Translations under genes and position numbers: made by a program
Assembly: GCF_056712565.1 (NCBI RefSeq)
Contig: NZ_CM160072.1
Reading direction: 5' to 3' (one strand)
Length of the DNA stretch: 64,000 nt
Shown here: piece by piece, positions 21,725-32,047 of the stretch
Layout of the letters: each line of letters starts with the position of its first letter
How positions within the stretch are numbered: the first letter of the stretch is position 1
Notes under the pieces: model-generated
The model's input: the letters and a program-made list of their open reading frames with translations, nothing else
The model's database searches: none
Told to the model about the DNA's origin: nothing

Positions 21725-22630
21725 TCAATTAAATACAAATTGTGTCATTAATTGTGGGTTTCTTAAATATTCTATGCACCACTGACAGGCTTTGCCCATA
21801 CCATCGGAACGAGCGGCAAGAAATAACTTGGTGGCGTGTTTATGTTCGCGCATTGGCTTTTTAAGCAATTTACCGCTGTTCAATAACGGCAATGCCAGAT
21901 GATGTGGAATATAACCAATACCGACGTTTTGTTCTATTAAGGCGATTGCCGTAGCGAAGTCAGGAACAAAAATGGGTTTTTGTCCTTCCAACAACCAGGC
22001 TTGCATCGGGGGGAAGTTAACGGAGGTATCGCGGATACAAATCGCTGGATAGTGACGCAATTCACTGTTTTCTAATGGATGCCGCTTCGCTGCCAGTGGG
22101 TGGAGTGGGCTGACGACAAAATCCCATTCCATTTGTCCGACCGGTTCGCTAATGATGCCTTCACTGCTTGGTACTGCATGAGGAGCACCGTAGACCAGAT
22201 CAGCACGCTTACTGTACAGCGCATCCCAGCAGCCGTTGTATACCTCAAGATCTACCGTCAGTGTTGTTGATGTGAATTGCCGTTCAAAATCTCGAATAAA
22301 TGCCACCAGCAAATCACCAGGAATAATATTGTTCACCGCAATTGTCAGTTCACGCTCAATACCATCGTGAATCAGCACTGTGTTGCGCTTTAATGCTTCC
22401 AGGTCGCCAAGAATAGTTTTGCTATGTTCGATGAAGTAACTTCCCGCTGGCGATAATTCAATATAGCGTCCCTTACGAATGAACAGTTCAACGCCCAGGC
22501 TCTCTTCCGCTTTCTTGATGGTGTAACTGATGGCGGAAGGGACTTTATTTAACTGCTCGGCTGCGGTGGTAATGCTCTGGTGTCTGGCGACCAGATGAAT
22601 AACACGAAGCGTTTCGTCTGAGATGAACAT
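21725..22630 (-). CDS. LysR-family transcriptional regulator
   Basis: 301 aa; N-terminal HTH (ITTAAEQLNKVPSAISYTIKKAEESLGVELF); immediately downstream of the catabolic operon. Confidence 0.8.
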   Translation of the reverse strand: MFISDETLRVIHLVARHQSITTAAEQLNKVPSAISYTIKKAEESLGVELFIRKGRYIELSPAGSYFIEHSKTILGDLEALKRNTVLIHDGIERELTIAVNNIIPGDLLVAFIRDFERQFTSTTLTVDLEVYNGCWDALYSKRADLVYGAPHAVPSSEGIISEPVGQMEWDFVVSPLHPLAAKRHPLENSELRHYPAICIRDTSVNFPPMQAWLLEGQKPIFVPDFATAIALIEQNVGIGYIPHHLALPLLNSGKLLKKPMREHKHATKLFLAARSDGMGKACQWCIEYLRNPQLMTQFVFN

Positions 22631-22707
22631 AAGGCTCCCTGGTCAGTGGTAAAGTGGCTGAATCTCTCCAGATTCAGCCGTAATCATTGCCTGAGTATAC
22701 CCAGGAA

Positions 22708-23931
22708 TTAGCGGTGTTGACTTGCCCGACTGAGAATCGCATACGCGATACATGCCACCAGAATCGAGTCTACCGAAGGGATCGTCGTCAGGGTGAATAA
22801 GCCTTTTACGGTCATAAAGCCAACCGCTGCGCCTATGATCCATGCTGCGAATGTCAGCACTTTAATCTGTGACTCCTGGGCTAACACTGACTCTTGATAG
22901 CCATTACGGCGATAAAGGAAAAAGTCAGCGATATAAATTCCGGCAACGGGTGGCGTGGCGATACCCAGGAACAGCAGAAACGGAATAAACCACGCCATAA
23001 TATCCATACTGCCTACGATGGCGGAAAGGATACCCAGCGCCACGGTAATCTGCCATTTGGGAAAGCGGGTAAGCAGTGTGGAAACCACCAGCGTGCCCTG
23101 GAACATATTGCCCGCGTTACCGGTGACGCAGGCGAAAATCAACAACAGCGCCGCAGGCAGAACCGCACCGAATACCGCCATCGCACCCAGTAAAGATCCC
23201 TGACCACTAATGGCGCTCGGCGTTGCACCCGCCCAGTAGAGCAGAGGGTAGGCAACCAGAAACGTCACGCCTGCGGCAATCAGCGCATGTTTGCGGTTAT
23301 GCACAAAACTACCGAAATCAGGCAGTGTGGCAACCAGCACAATAATGGTGCCAACAACGGTGGAAACGGCGACACCTGTATTCATCTCCACAATCGCCGC
23401 TGGTACTGCCACTTCGGTATGGGTTGCCACATAGAGGATGTAACACAGCACCAGCGCGATAACCGGCACGGCAACCTGGGCAATTTTTCCCAGAACGGCA
23501 AAGCCAAATGCCGTAGAGGCGACAAAAATGACACAGCCAGCCGCCACTAACAGTGCCAGTGGAACTTCCAGTCCATGTTGAGCCAGTAAGTCATGTACCG
23601 AATGACCAAACATATTGGCGGTAACGGCAATCCAGCCGAACAGACTTATCGCCATCAAAATGTTAATGGCGATGGCCCCTTTTTCGCCAAACGAATATTT
23701 CACAATGCCATACGTTGGCAGGCGGGCTTTTTCTCCCACGCTAATGGTGATGGCTGAAAGTAAGGTCAGAATGACGCCGCCTAACAATACGACGCTAATT
23801 AAACTGCCGCTGGAAAGTTGATTGCCGAGGCTTGAGGATGACAACAGCACAGGTGTGACGGCAATACCCAGCAAAATCATGGCAATACGCAATCCTGATG
23901 CCGTATTCAGATTCTCTTCTTTTTTACGCAT
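22708..23931 (-). CDS. NCS1-family (CodB-like) permease
   Basis: 407-aa polytopic membrane protein with CodB-like architecture; assignment by pattern only. Confidence 0.6.
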   Translation of the reverse strand: MRKKEENLNTASGLRIAMILLGIAVTPVLLSSSSLGNQLSSGSLISVVLLGGVILTLLSAITISVGEKARLPTYGIVKYSFGEKGAIAINILMAISLFGWIAVTANMFGHSVHDLLAQHGLEVPLALLVAAGCVIFVASTAFGFAVLGKIAQVAVPVIALVLCYILYVATHTEVAVPAAIVEMNTGVAVSTVVGTIIVLVATLPDFGSFVHNRKHALIAAGVTFLVAYPLLYWAGATPSAISGQGSLLGAMAVFGAVLPAALLLIFACVTGNAGNMFQGTLVVSTLLTRFPKWQITVALGILSAIVGSMDIMAWFIPFLLFLGIATPPVAGIYIADFFLYRRNGYQESVLAQESQIKVLTFAAWIIGAAVGFMTVKGLFTLTTIPSVDSILVACIAYAILSRASQHR

Positions 23932-23956
23932 AGTATGTTCCCTTTATAAATGCGCG

Positions 23957-24346
23957 TTACACAGTATGAAAATGCCCGGTGTATTTGCGCCAGCTACCCA
24001 GTTCTGTAATTTCCCGTTGGCCTTCGGTCAGCCAGTTTTCTGCCAGTACGCCCAGCACTTCGCTACCATCGGCAAGTTTGATTTTGCCAATTGCCAGCCC
24101 AGCGGGTTCGCTCATTAACAGAGCGGCAAAACTGGCCAGCGGTAATTGCCAAATTTCTACGTCGACGTGTGTTCCTCCTTCATTCACGCGAATCATTCCC
24201 GGATGGCGATCATTAATACTCCACAACCGGTAATGGGCGTCAGTTCGGTCTTCACGGACAAAAATACCGCCCGCTTTTTGCATATTTGGGTTGAGTTCCA
24301 GGCCGCGCATCAGCGTTCCGTTAACGGCTAAAAGCGTTGTAGTCAT
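23957..24346 (-). CDS. AIG2/gamma-glutamyl-cyclotransferase-like protein
   Basis: 129 aa; N-terminus LLAVNGTLMRG resembles the GGCT/AIG2 fold start; assignment tentative. Confidence 0.5.
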   Translation of the reverse strand: MTTTLLAVNGTLMRGLELNPNMQKAGGIFVREDRTDAHYRLWSINDRHPGMIRVNEGGTHVDVEIWQLPLASFAALLMSEPAGLAIGKIKLADGSEVLGVLAENWLTEGQREITELGSWRKYTGHFHTV

Positions 24347-24362
24347 TGTGTTCTCCAGAGAA

Positions 24363-25319
24363 TTAAAGGGTTATCCATGTACCGCTCTGATGCGCCAGGG
24401 CTGCTTTTATGGTTTGCGGTGAAGTAATCAGGCCGCTGGCCTGTTTGCCTTGTTGCTGGCTGGCATTGATGAAATCAACAATGGCTTCCACTTTGGGTTG
24501 CATACTGCCGACACCAAACTGACCTTCCCGCAACAGCGTTTGCGCTTCGGCAACGCTGATAGCGTCGAGCCACTGTTGTTGTGGTGTACCAAAGTTAATC
24601 GCTACTTTTTCTACACCGGTGGGGATCACCAGCAGATCTGCGCCTAACTGACTGGCGAGCAGCGCGGAGGCCAGATCTTTATCGATCACGGCTTCTACAC
24701 CTTTCAGTTGTTGCCCGTCTCGCACCACCGGAATACCGCCGCCGCCGCAGGCAATAACCAGATATCCCTGGCGCACCAGGTGAGCGATGGTGTCGTGCTC
24801 AATAATTTCCAGTGGTGCAGGAGAGGGAACTGTACGCCGCCAACCACGCCCGGCGTCCTCCATCAGCGTCCAGCCGAGTTGTTGTTGGCGTTGTTGGGCC
24901 GTTGCTTCATCGAGAAACGCGCCAATTGGTTTACTGGGGCTGGCGAAAGCATCGTCATGTGGGCTGACTCGCGTTTGTGTCACCAGGGCAATTACCGGTT
25001 TGTTTATGCCACGGCGAGCCAATTCGTTATGCAGCGCTTTCTGGAACATGTAGCCAATTGCACCTTGTGTATCACCCACGGCGTAATCAAGTGGAACCGG
25101 AGAAACTTCGTTACTGGCGAGTTCAGAGCGGCGCAGAATAAAGCCCACCTGCGGGCCATTACCGTGGGTTAGTACCAGGTCCCATCCGGCTTCAACCATA
25201 TCAACGATATGTTGCACGCTTTCCATCACTGCAACATATTGATCGGGAATACTATTGCGTTGCTCGTCCTGAATGAGCGCATTGCCGCCAACCGCGACGA
25301 CAGCCAGTGGCTTAACCAT
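24363..25319 (-). CDS. Carbamate kinase-like protein
   Basis: From MVKPLAVVAVGGNAL...; amino-acid kinase fold with ACGGGGIPVV motif; ORF-track start is a spurious upstream extension. Confidence 0.8.
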   Translation of the reverse strand: MVKPLAVVAVGGNALIQDEQRNSIPDQYVAVMESVQHIVDMVEAGWDLVLTHGNGPQVGFILRRSELASNEVSPVPLDYAVGDTQGAIGYMFQKALHNELARRGINKPVIALVTQTRVSPHDDAFASPSKPIGAFLDEATAQQRQQQLGWTLMEDAGRGWRRTVPSPAPLEIIEHDTIAHLVRQGYLVIACGGGGIPVVRDGQQLKGVEAVIDKDLASALLASQLGADLLVIPTGVEKVAINFGTPQQQWLDAISVAEAQTLLREGQFGVGSMQPKVEAIVDFINASQQQGKQASGLITSPQTIKAALAHQSGTWITL

Positions 25320-26736
25320 GATGGTTCTCCTTTGCGACGATCTCCGCCAGTGCACGTACAGCGGCGACAAAACAGGCCATCGGCGCAGTGGTGATCCCGG
25401 CACCAATTTGCCCGACCCCCGCTTGTTTGTGGGCGATACCCGTATTGATGACCGGTAAAATGCCGCGATCGGTCACTTTACGCGCATCAATTCCTGCTGC
25501 GGTGGGGGCAAAATTGAGGGCTGGAAGTGTAAATGCGGGGTTACCGCCGAGGGTGATGGCTTGCATCCGACGGCTGTTATTGGTGGCATCGGCAGGGGTG
25601 CCTCCCACAAATTTGACGATCGCCGGAGACGACGCCATCGCGAAGCCACCCATACCTGCGGTTTCAGTAATTGCGCTATCACCCAGGTCAGCAGCAGCGT
25701 CGTCAACGCCAAATCCGGGGAAGAACAGACCTTCAACGGCATTGGCAGGAGCCTGGAACCAGCGATCGCTAGTACCGGAAAGCCGAATACCAAAACTCAC
25801 CCCGTTACGCGCCATCACCGTAACCATTGAACTGAACGGTACATTGGCGGCGGCATCCATCATTGCTTTACAGGCGGCCATCGACAGATTGAGGAAGAAG
25901 TGATCGTTACCGGTGATAAATGCCACGACGCGCTGGATATGTTCCTGTGGAAGAGAGCAGGCCAGCAATGCCGGGAGCAGGCGCTTAATCAGCAAACCGG
26001 TAGCGGCAGCATTGCGGTTATGAACTTCATCCCCCATATGCAGCGCCTGCGCCATTAATGGCTTGAGTTCCAGCTCGCCGTGTTGTGCGATTGCTGCTTT
26101 CATTGCCGGCGCCAGTTCATCGCGCATCCAGGCCAGACGATTGAGAACTTCATCGTTATTGGCGCCAAAACGGAGAACCTTACCCAGACCTTCATTGAAA
26201 TTGCTAAAAGTACGATGGCCGTTGGTTTTGTTTTCTACCACCCATAACGGCATCGACGGGCTGATGATGCCTGCCATTGGGCCAACCGCGTGATAATGAT
26301 GACAAGGGGCAAGGTCGATTTCGCCTGCGTTTATTTGGTTTTCAGCGTCTTGCTGGCTGGTGGCCCAACCTTCGTACAGCATGGCACCAATAATCGCCCC
26401 TTTTACCGGACCACACATCTCTTCCCAGGCAATCGGCGGGCCAGAGTGCAAAATACGTTTTTGTTCAGCCATTGCTGGAATGGCCTCTTTAGCGAGCATG
26501 ACATCCACCAGCATGGGCTGTGCTTCGAGATAACGTGTCATGGCGATTTGGTTGGCATTTTCTACCAGGGGATGACGTAGCAACGATGCCAGATCCAATC
26601 CAGCGTCAATATCGCCTTGTGCTGGTGGCTGCCAGTTGAGTGCAATTGCGCTTCCCCCGGCATGTTGAATATTGTCAGCAAAACTGTGTAGTCCCGCGTT
26701 CACAACCTTCAAAGGCTGATTAAATAAGGTATTCAT
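25312..26736 (-). CDS. YlbE-like (DUF1116) protein
   Basis: About 474 aa from MNTLFNQPL; start overlaps the fdrA-like stop by 4 bp; paralogous to the K-12 allantoin-region ylbE. Confidence 0.7.
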   Translation of the reverse strand: MNTLFNQPLKVVNAGLHSFADNIQHAGGSAIALNWQPPAQGDIDAGLDLASLLRHPLVENANQIAMTRYLEAQPMLVDVMLAKEAIPAMAEQKRILHSGPPIAWEEMCGPVKGAIIGAMLYEGWATSQQDAENQINAGEIDLAPCHHYHAVGPMAGIISPSMPLWVVENKTNGHRTFSNFNEGLGKVLRFGANNDEVLNRLAWMRDELAPAMKAAIAQHGELELKPLMAQALHMGDEVHNRNAAATGLLIKRLLPALLACSLPQEHIQRVVAFITGNDHFFLNLSMAACKAMMDAAANVPFSSMVTVMARNGVSFGIRLSGTSDRWFQAPANAVEGLFFPGFGVDDAAADLGDSAITETAGMGGFAMASSPAIVKFVGGTPADATNNSRRMQAITLGGNPAFTLPALNFAPTAAGIDARKVTDRGILPVINTGIAHKQAGVGQIGAGITTAPMACFVAAVRALAEIVAKENHHG

Positions 26737-28292
26737 GCGTTTAGCCCCTTTTTCTGCAACTGAGTCTGTGCAACGGTGCTGGCCCATAGCGCCGCCTGTG
26801 CATTGCTGCTGGCGATGATGACCCCTGCATTTTGTAGTGCTCTTATCTGCTGACTGCGTATTTGCGGATCAGCTTCCGTTCCGCAAACGTGCGCAATCAG
26901 CAACGGTGCGTTATTCATGTCGATGTGTGAAAGTTGGTCCAGTAATTCGCTGGCAGGCGCCGTGGAAGCGCCATAACCAAGTACCAGGTCGAATAACACG
27001 ACGGCAGTGTGTGAGTCGTTGAGTTCGTTGAGCAGACGTTGATTGCGCAGAGTCGGGTCGATCATTGGATGCGGTTTGCCACGGGTGAAATCATCGTCGC
27101 CCATATCGATCAACGTGTGATCTTCGCTTTGCCAGATATTTGCCAGAGCACGATTACCCGCAACTGGCGTATTGGAAGCTGCGCTGAATCCCTTTTGTTG
27201 GCAGATAAGTTGCGCTTCGTAGCAGAAGGTTCCTCCGGCGAAAACACCGCGTATCGCCTGGCGATGGGCTGGCAGGCGCTGACAGGCGTTTTGTAACATT
27301 GTGAGATCGGCGCAGGAAATCTCGGTCTCGACAGCCGGAAGTGGCTGAGCATTCAGTAACGCTACGGCGATATTTGCGGCGCTGGCAAGTGTGGTGGCCG
27401 CGGTGATATTGGGACGTGCCAGATCATGCGGATTCGCACCGAGGAAATTCACCACCACGGGTTTTCCACAAGCCTCGGCGCGCTCCAGAATAGTCTGGGC
27501 AACGATCGGTGAAGGCGGTTTTGAAATCAGCACAATCACGCGAGTTTCATCGTCTTGCGCCAGCGCATCTAAAGCGAAGAGCATCGATATTCCACCAATC
27601 TCTTCACTGAGATCATGCCCACCGGTTCCCAACGCCTGAGAAATACCCGCTCCGAGCTGGTCGATTCGGCAAGTCACTTCCTGTAGCCCGGTGCCTGACG
27701 CGCCAATAACACCAATTGCTCCGCGTTTCACCACATTAGCGAAGCCTAACGGAATGCCGTTAACAATGGCGGTTCCACAGTCAGGTCCCATTACGATGCG
27801 CTGACGTTCTCGGGCAAGCGTTTTGATAGATTTTTCCTGCCCGATACTGACGTTATCGCTGAACATCATCACGTTCATTCCGAGGTTTAACGCTTTAATT
27901 GCTTCGGCGGCGGCGTAGTCTCCCGGTACAGAAATGAGTGCCAGGTTGGCTTCGGGTTCGGCTTCCAGTGCCATTTCCAGGCTGACCTTTTCCGGTGTTT
28001 TAATGCCACTATCCGTTTCATCATCGGGTTTGCTGGTCAGACGTTGCTGGGCCAGTACCAGTGCTTCATTGCAAATATCTTCTTCACCCATGACTGCAAT
28101 CACTAAATCATTGGGACTGGCGTTGATTTCGTTACCCAGACCCGCATCGCGCAATTGTTCGAGATTATTGGGCGTTCCCATGACGACCGAGGCCTGTTGA
28201 ATACCGGGCAACTTGCTGATTTGCGCGGAAATCTGCATCAGAGAAACTGAGTCCTGATAAAGATTACTGAAAACTTTATATTTAACTTTCAT
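26733..28292 (-). CDS. FdrA-like protein (CoA-binding, succinyl-CoA-synthetase-alpha-like)
   Basis: 519 aa; resembles FdrA of the K-12 allantoin region. Confidence 0.75.
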   Translation of the reverse strand: MKVKYKVFSNLYQDSVSLMQISAQISKLPGIQQASVVMGTPNNLEQLRDAGLGNEINASPNDLVIAVMGEEDICNEALVLAQQRLTSKPDDETDSGIKTPEKVSLEMALEAEPEANLALISVPGDYAAAEAIKALNLGMNVMMFSDNVSIGQEKSIKTLARERQRIVMGPDCGTAIVNGIPLGFANVVKRGAIGVIGASGTGLQEVTCRIDQLGAGISQALGTGGHDLSEEIGGISMLFALDALAQDDETRVIVLISKPPSPIVAQTILERAEACGKPVVVNFLGANPHDLARPNITAATTLASAANIAVALLNAQPLPAVETEISCADLTMLQNACQRLPAHRQAIRGVFAGGTFCYEAQLICQQKGFSAASNTPVAGNRALANIWQSEDHTLIDMGDDDFTRGKPHPMIDPTLRNQRLLNELNDSHTAVVLFDLVLGYGASTAPASELLDQLSHIDMNNAPLLIAHVCGTEADPQIRSQQIRALQNAGVIIASSNAQAALWASTVAQTQLQKKGLNA

Positions 28293-28386
28293 GCTGTTAC
28301 GCCTGTTTCATTCCGCCCGATAGCAAAATTCGGGCAAAGCATCCCCGTGTAGCCCCATAAACGGGCTACGGGAGAAAAGGTTGAAA

Positions 28387-29247
28387 TCAATTCATGGTGT
28401 TCAGGGTTCGAAAGCCATGCAGCATTCCTGCAAGGCAATCTACTCCTGACGTTGCGCCAAATTGCATGACCTGTTCTGCACAGGATGCGATTGTCATTGC
28501 CGATGCGCTCCCAACCAGTTGTGCGAGTAACTGGCAAATCGGTTCTGAAAAATGTCCCTGAAGCGCACGCTCCAGATAATGACGACTGATATCCGTGGTG
28601 TTGTGCGCATGTTGATCAATTGCCTGCTGCAACCGGTATTGATGATCGGCAAGTGGTGCAGGGAGTTGCCATAACCAGAGCGCTGCCAGATAGCCCAACA
28701 AATAGTCATCTCCATCGGGCGTTAAGCCTTTACCAAAGCCGATCAGTTGTGGCACCTGGCGTTCCAGCGCATCTGGATGCTCCATAATTGCTAATCCCTG
28801 GTGCGTGAGACTATCCGGCAGGTGCAATGTGCTTTGAACGTTATGTTCCAGACAAAATAAAAGCCGTTGCGATGCCATCGTTGGGTAGTGCTGGAAAACC
28901 AAAGGGAATGCCTCAAGTGTCAGCATTCTCCCCACAAATGGCGACTGCCAGAGCGTTGCGTTTTCGAGCGCCACACAAAATCGAGGTGTCCGCAGTAAGC
29001 CTTGGGTTAACTGAATGGGATCTGAATGGGCAATCTCTCTTCGCCAGTCCCAACATTCAGGTAGCCAGACTCTGGCAGCATCAGGGAGATTCAGATACGT
29101 TTGCGCACACAACAGAGTGATGAATGTTCCCGCGTCTGAATACAGATTTACCGCATGTTTAAAAGCGCTATGTAGACGTAAATCTTGCGTTTCATTCTGC
29201 GGGAAAAGATATCCCAACGACGATGCGCAAAGCGTAACCTGTACCAT
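28387..29247 (-). CDS. YlbF-like (DUF2877) protein
   Basis: 286 aa; position and size consistent with the third member of the FdrA/YlbE/YlbF triad; family call by context. Confidence 0.55.
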   Translation of the reverse strand: MVQVTLCASSLGYLFPQNETQDLRLHSAFKHAVNLYSDAGTFITLLCAQTYLNLPDAARVWLPECWDWRREIAHSDPIQLTQGLLRTPRFCVALENATLWQSPFVGRMLTLEAFPLVFQHYPTMASQRLLFCLEHNVQSTLHLPDSLTHQGLAIMEHPDALERQVPQLIGFGKGLTPDGDDYLLGYLAALWLWQLPAPLADHQYRLQQAIDQHAHNTTDISRHYLERALQGHFSEPICQLLAQLVGSASAMTIASCAEQVMQFGATSGVDCLAGMLHGFRTLNTMN

Positions 29248-29252
29248 CGGCG

Positions 29253-29921
29253 TTAGCCTTCCAGACCTGCAATAATGGCTTTGGAATCAGTAACCCAACC
29301 GAAAATGGCACCTTGTGCTTTGATCATCTCGAGGGCGTATTTCTGGAATTCCGGGAAATAGGAGCCGACACAATCTTCCGGGATAATGCATTCATAGCCA
29401 CGATCATTTGCTTCGCGCACGGTGGTGGTTACGCAAACTTCGGTTGTTACACCACAAACTATCAGCGTCTTGATACCGTGGTTTTGCAAAATCAGATGTA
29501 AGTCGGTTTGATAAAACGCGCCTTTGCCAGGCTTATCAATCACCGGTTCGCCTGCCACCGGGTACAGTTCAGGAATGATGTCATGACCTGCTTCACCTCT
29601 GACCAGAATGCGTCCCATCGGTCCTGGTTCACCAATAAAGGTTTTTCCGCCGCGCGTCAGTTTGGCTGGCGGGCAGTCGCTTAAGTCTGCACGATGGCCT
29701 TCACGAGTATGAATAACCATAATTCCTTTTTGACGTGCGGCTGCCAGCACCTCTGTACATGGTGCGATAGCCGTGCGTACCAGTGAAACATCATTGCCCA
29801 GAGCCTCACCGAAGCCCCCTGCTTCGACAAAGTCACGCTGCATGTCGATCATGACCAGTGCAGTTGTGCGCGGATCAAAAGGTAATTCAAAGGGTTGAGC
29901 CTGAAAAATGGATTGCGTCAT
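29253..29921 (-). CDS. Isochorismatase-family cysteine hydrolase (RutB-like amidohydrolase)
   Basis: 222 aa; motifs ALVMIDMQ, LIVCGVTTEVCVTTT and AIFGWVTD parallel the RutB catalytic triad regions; first gene of the operon. Confidence 0.8.
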   Translation of the reverse strand: MTQSIFQAQPFELPFDPRTTALVMIDMQRDFVEAGGFGEALGNDVSLVRTAIAPCTEVLAAARQKGIMVIHTREGHRADLSDCPPAKLTRGGKTFIGEPGPMGRILVRGEAGHDIIPELYPVAGEPVIDKPGKGAFYQTDLHLILQNHGIKTLIVCGVTTEVCVTTTVREANDRGYECIIPEDCVGSYFPEFQKYALEMIKAQGAIFGWVTDSKAIIAGLEG

Positions 29922-30177
29922 GGTAAATCTCCTGTCTGATGTTTAAACGATCCAGTTGTTCTGAGAACGAGTATTCAGGAGAAAAGCGACACAAAACAGG
30001 AAAAAAGTTTGCCGCACAGCAACGAAATTTTTGCATTCAGCAGGTGGTGTGATGACGAATGTGAAGGGAGTCAAAGAGTGGCATACAGCAACAAATTTTT
30101 TGATGCTGTATGGTTTTGAGATTAAAAAAATCGTTGAAATTGTGTGAGCTTAATCATCAGATTTAGCGACTATGGCG

Positions 30178-30987
30178 TTACTTTTTAACACCATACTGTG
30201 TAAACCATTCCAACATTCGCTGCCAGCCGTCTTTCGCAGATTCGGCATGATAGCTCGGACGATAATCGGCGTTGAACGCATGCCCTGCATCCGGGTACAC
30301 GATAATCTCTGCTTTCGCGTTTGCTGCCCGCAGCGCCTGGCGCATCGTTTCCACGCTCTCTTGCGGAATGCTGTTATCCTGGCCGCCATATAAGCCGAGA
30401 ACCGGAGCGTTAAGATCGGTTGCGATATCAACAGGTTGTTTCGGTGAATTCAGCGACTTATCGCCCGTCAGTTTGCCGTACCACGCCACTGCGGCTTTTA
30501 GCTGTGGATTATGCGCGGCATACAGCCAGGTGATACGTCCACCCCAGCAGAATCCGGTGATCATTAAACGATGAACATCGCCGCCGTTGCGGGAAGCCCA
30601 ACTGGCGACATGATCGAGATCGGCCAGCACCTGCGAGTCAGGCACTTTTGCTACCAGACCGCTAAGCAACGTGGGGATATCGGCAAAATCATTCGGATCG
30701 CCTTCGCGGAAGTAAAGTTCAGGTGCGATAGCCAGATACCCCTCCAGCGCCAGACGGCGACAAATGTCGCGGATATGTTCATGCACGCCAAAAATTTCCT
30801 GCACTACAATGACCACTGGCAGTGGGCCATCGCTTTGCTTTGGTCTGGCATGGTAAGCAGGCATGTTATCCCCTTGTGAAGGGATAGAGGTGAAGCCCGC
30901 CACAATCGCGTCGTCCGGAGTCTGAACGATGGTCGAAGCGAGAGGCGATGCAGCAGGTGCAAATCCAGATTGTTGTGTTGTTGCCAT
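30178..30987 (-). CDS. ysgA: Dienelactone hydrolase family protein YsgA
   Basis: From MATTQQSGFAPAA... (269 aa); alpha/beta hydrolase with GFCWGG nucleophile elbow. Confidence 0.88.
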   Translation of the reverse strand: MATTQQSGFAPAASPLASTIVQTPDDAIVAGFTSIPSQGDNMPAYHARPKQSDGPLPVVIVVQEIFGVHEHIRDICRRLALEGYLAIAPELYFREGDPNDFADIPTLLSGLVAKVPDSQVLADLDHVASWASRNGGDVHRLMITGFCWGGRITWLYAAHNPQLKAAVAWYGKLTGDKSLNSPKQPVDIATDLNAPVLGLYGGQDNSIPQESVETMRQALRAANAKAEIIVYPDAGHAFNADYRPSYHAESAKDGWQRMLEWFTQYGVKK

Positions 30988-31248
30988 GGTATTCTCCGTA
31001 CCCTTATAAAAATGTTGCGCAATGTTAACTATAGTCAGCATGCAACAAATCACATTGCCTGAATCGGCTCATCTTTTATGCAGTCCTGCAGAATGAAGAG
31101 TGATTTATGTGATTTGCATCACTTTTGATGGGTAAATTTATGCAACACATTTTCGTCATGGTGATGAGTATCACGAAAAAATGTTAAACCCTTCGGTAAA
31201 GTGTCTTTTTGCTTCTTCTGACTAAACCGATTCACAGAGGAGTTGTAT

Positions 31249-32013
31249 ATGTCCAAGTCTGATGTTTTTCATCTCGGCCTCACTAAAAACGATTTACAAG
31301 GGGCTACGCTTGCCATCGTCCCTGGCGACCCGGATCGTGTGGAAAAGATCGCCGCGCTGATGGATAAGCCGGTTAAGCTGGCATCTCACCGCGAATTCAC
31401 CACCTGGCGTGCAGAGCTGGATGGTAAACCTGTTATCGTCTGCTCTACCGGTATCGGCGGCCCGTCTACCTCTATTGCTGTTGAAGAGCTGGCACAGCTG
31501 GGCATTCGCACCTTCCTGCGTATCGGTACAACGGGCGCTATTCAGCCGCATATTAATGTGGGTGATGTCCTGGTTACCACGGCGTCTGTTCGTCTGGATG
31601 GCGCGAGCCTGCACTTCGCACCGCTGGAATTCCCGGCTGTCGCTGATTTCGAATGTACGACTGCGCTGGTTGAAGCTGCGAAATCCATTGGCGCGACGAC
31701 TCACGTTGGCGTGACAGCTTCTTCTGATACCTTCTACCCAGGTCAGGAACGTTACGATACTTACTCTGGTCGCGTAGTTCGTCACTTTAAAGGTTCTATG
31801 GAAGAGTGGCAGGCGATGGGCGTAATGAACTATGAAATGGAATCTGCAACCCTGCTGACCATGTGTGCAAGTCAGGGCCTGCGTGCCGGTATGGTAGCGG
31901 GGGTTATCGTTAACCGCACCCAGCAAGAGATCCCGAATGCTGAGACGATGAAACAAACCGAAAGCCATGCGGTGAAAATCGTGGTGGAAGCGGCGCGTCG
32001 TCTGCTGAAATAA
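31249..32013 (+). CDS. udp: Uridine phosphorylase
   Basis: [31 protein letters not shown]... matches Udp. Confidence 0.96.
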   Translation: MSKSDVFHLGLTKNDLQGATLAIVPGDPDRVEKIAALMDKPVKLASHREFTTWRAELDGKPVIVCSTGIGGPSTSIAVEELAQLGIRTFLRIGTTGAIQPHINVGDVLVTTASVRLDGASLHFAPLEFPAVADFECTTALVEAAKSIGATTHVGVTASSDTFYPGQERYDTYSGRVVRHFKGSMEEWQAMGVMNYEMESATLLTMCASQGLRAGMVAGVIVNRTQQEIPNAETMKQTESHAVKIVVEAARRLLK

Positions 32014-32018
32014 AAAAA

Positions 32019-32040
32019 CGCTCCCCAACTTCGGGGAGCG
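32019..32040. terminator. GC-rich hairpin (cgctccccaacttcggggagcg) between convergent udp and tctA-like genes; A-tract on its 5' side
   Basis: Inverted repeat read in the sequence immediately after the udp stop; likely a bidirectional terminator. Confidence 0.55.
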
Positions 32041-32047
32041 ATACCAG

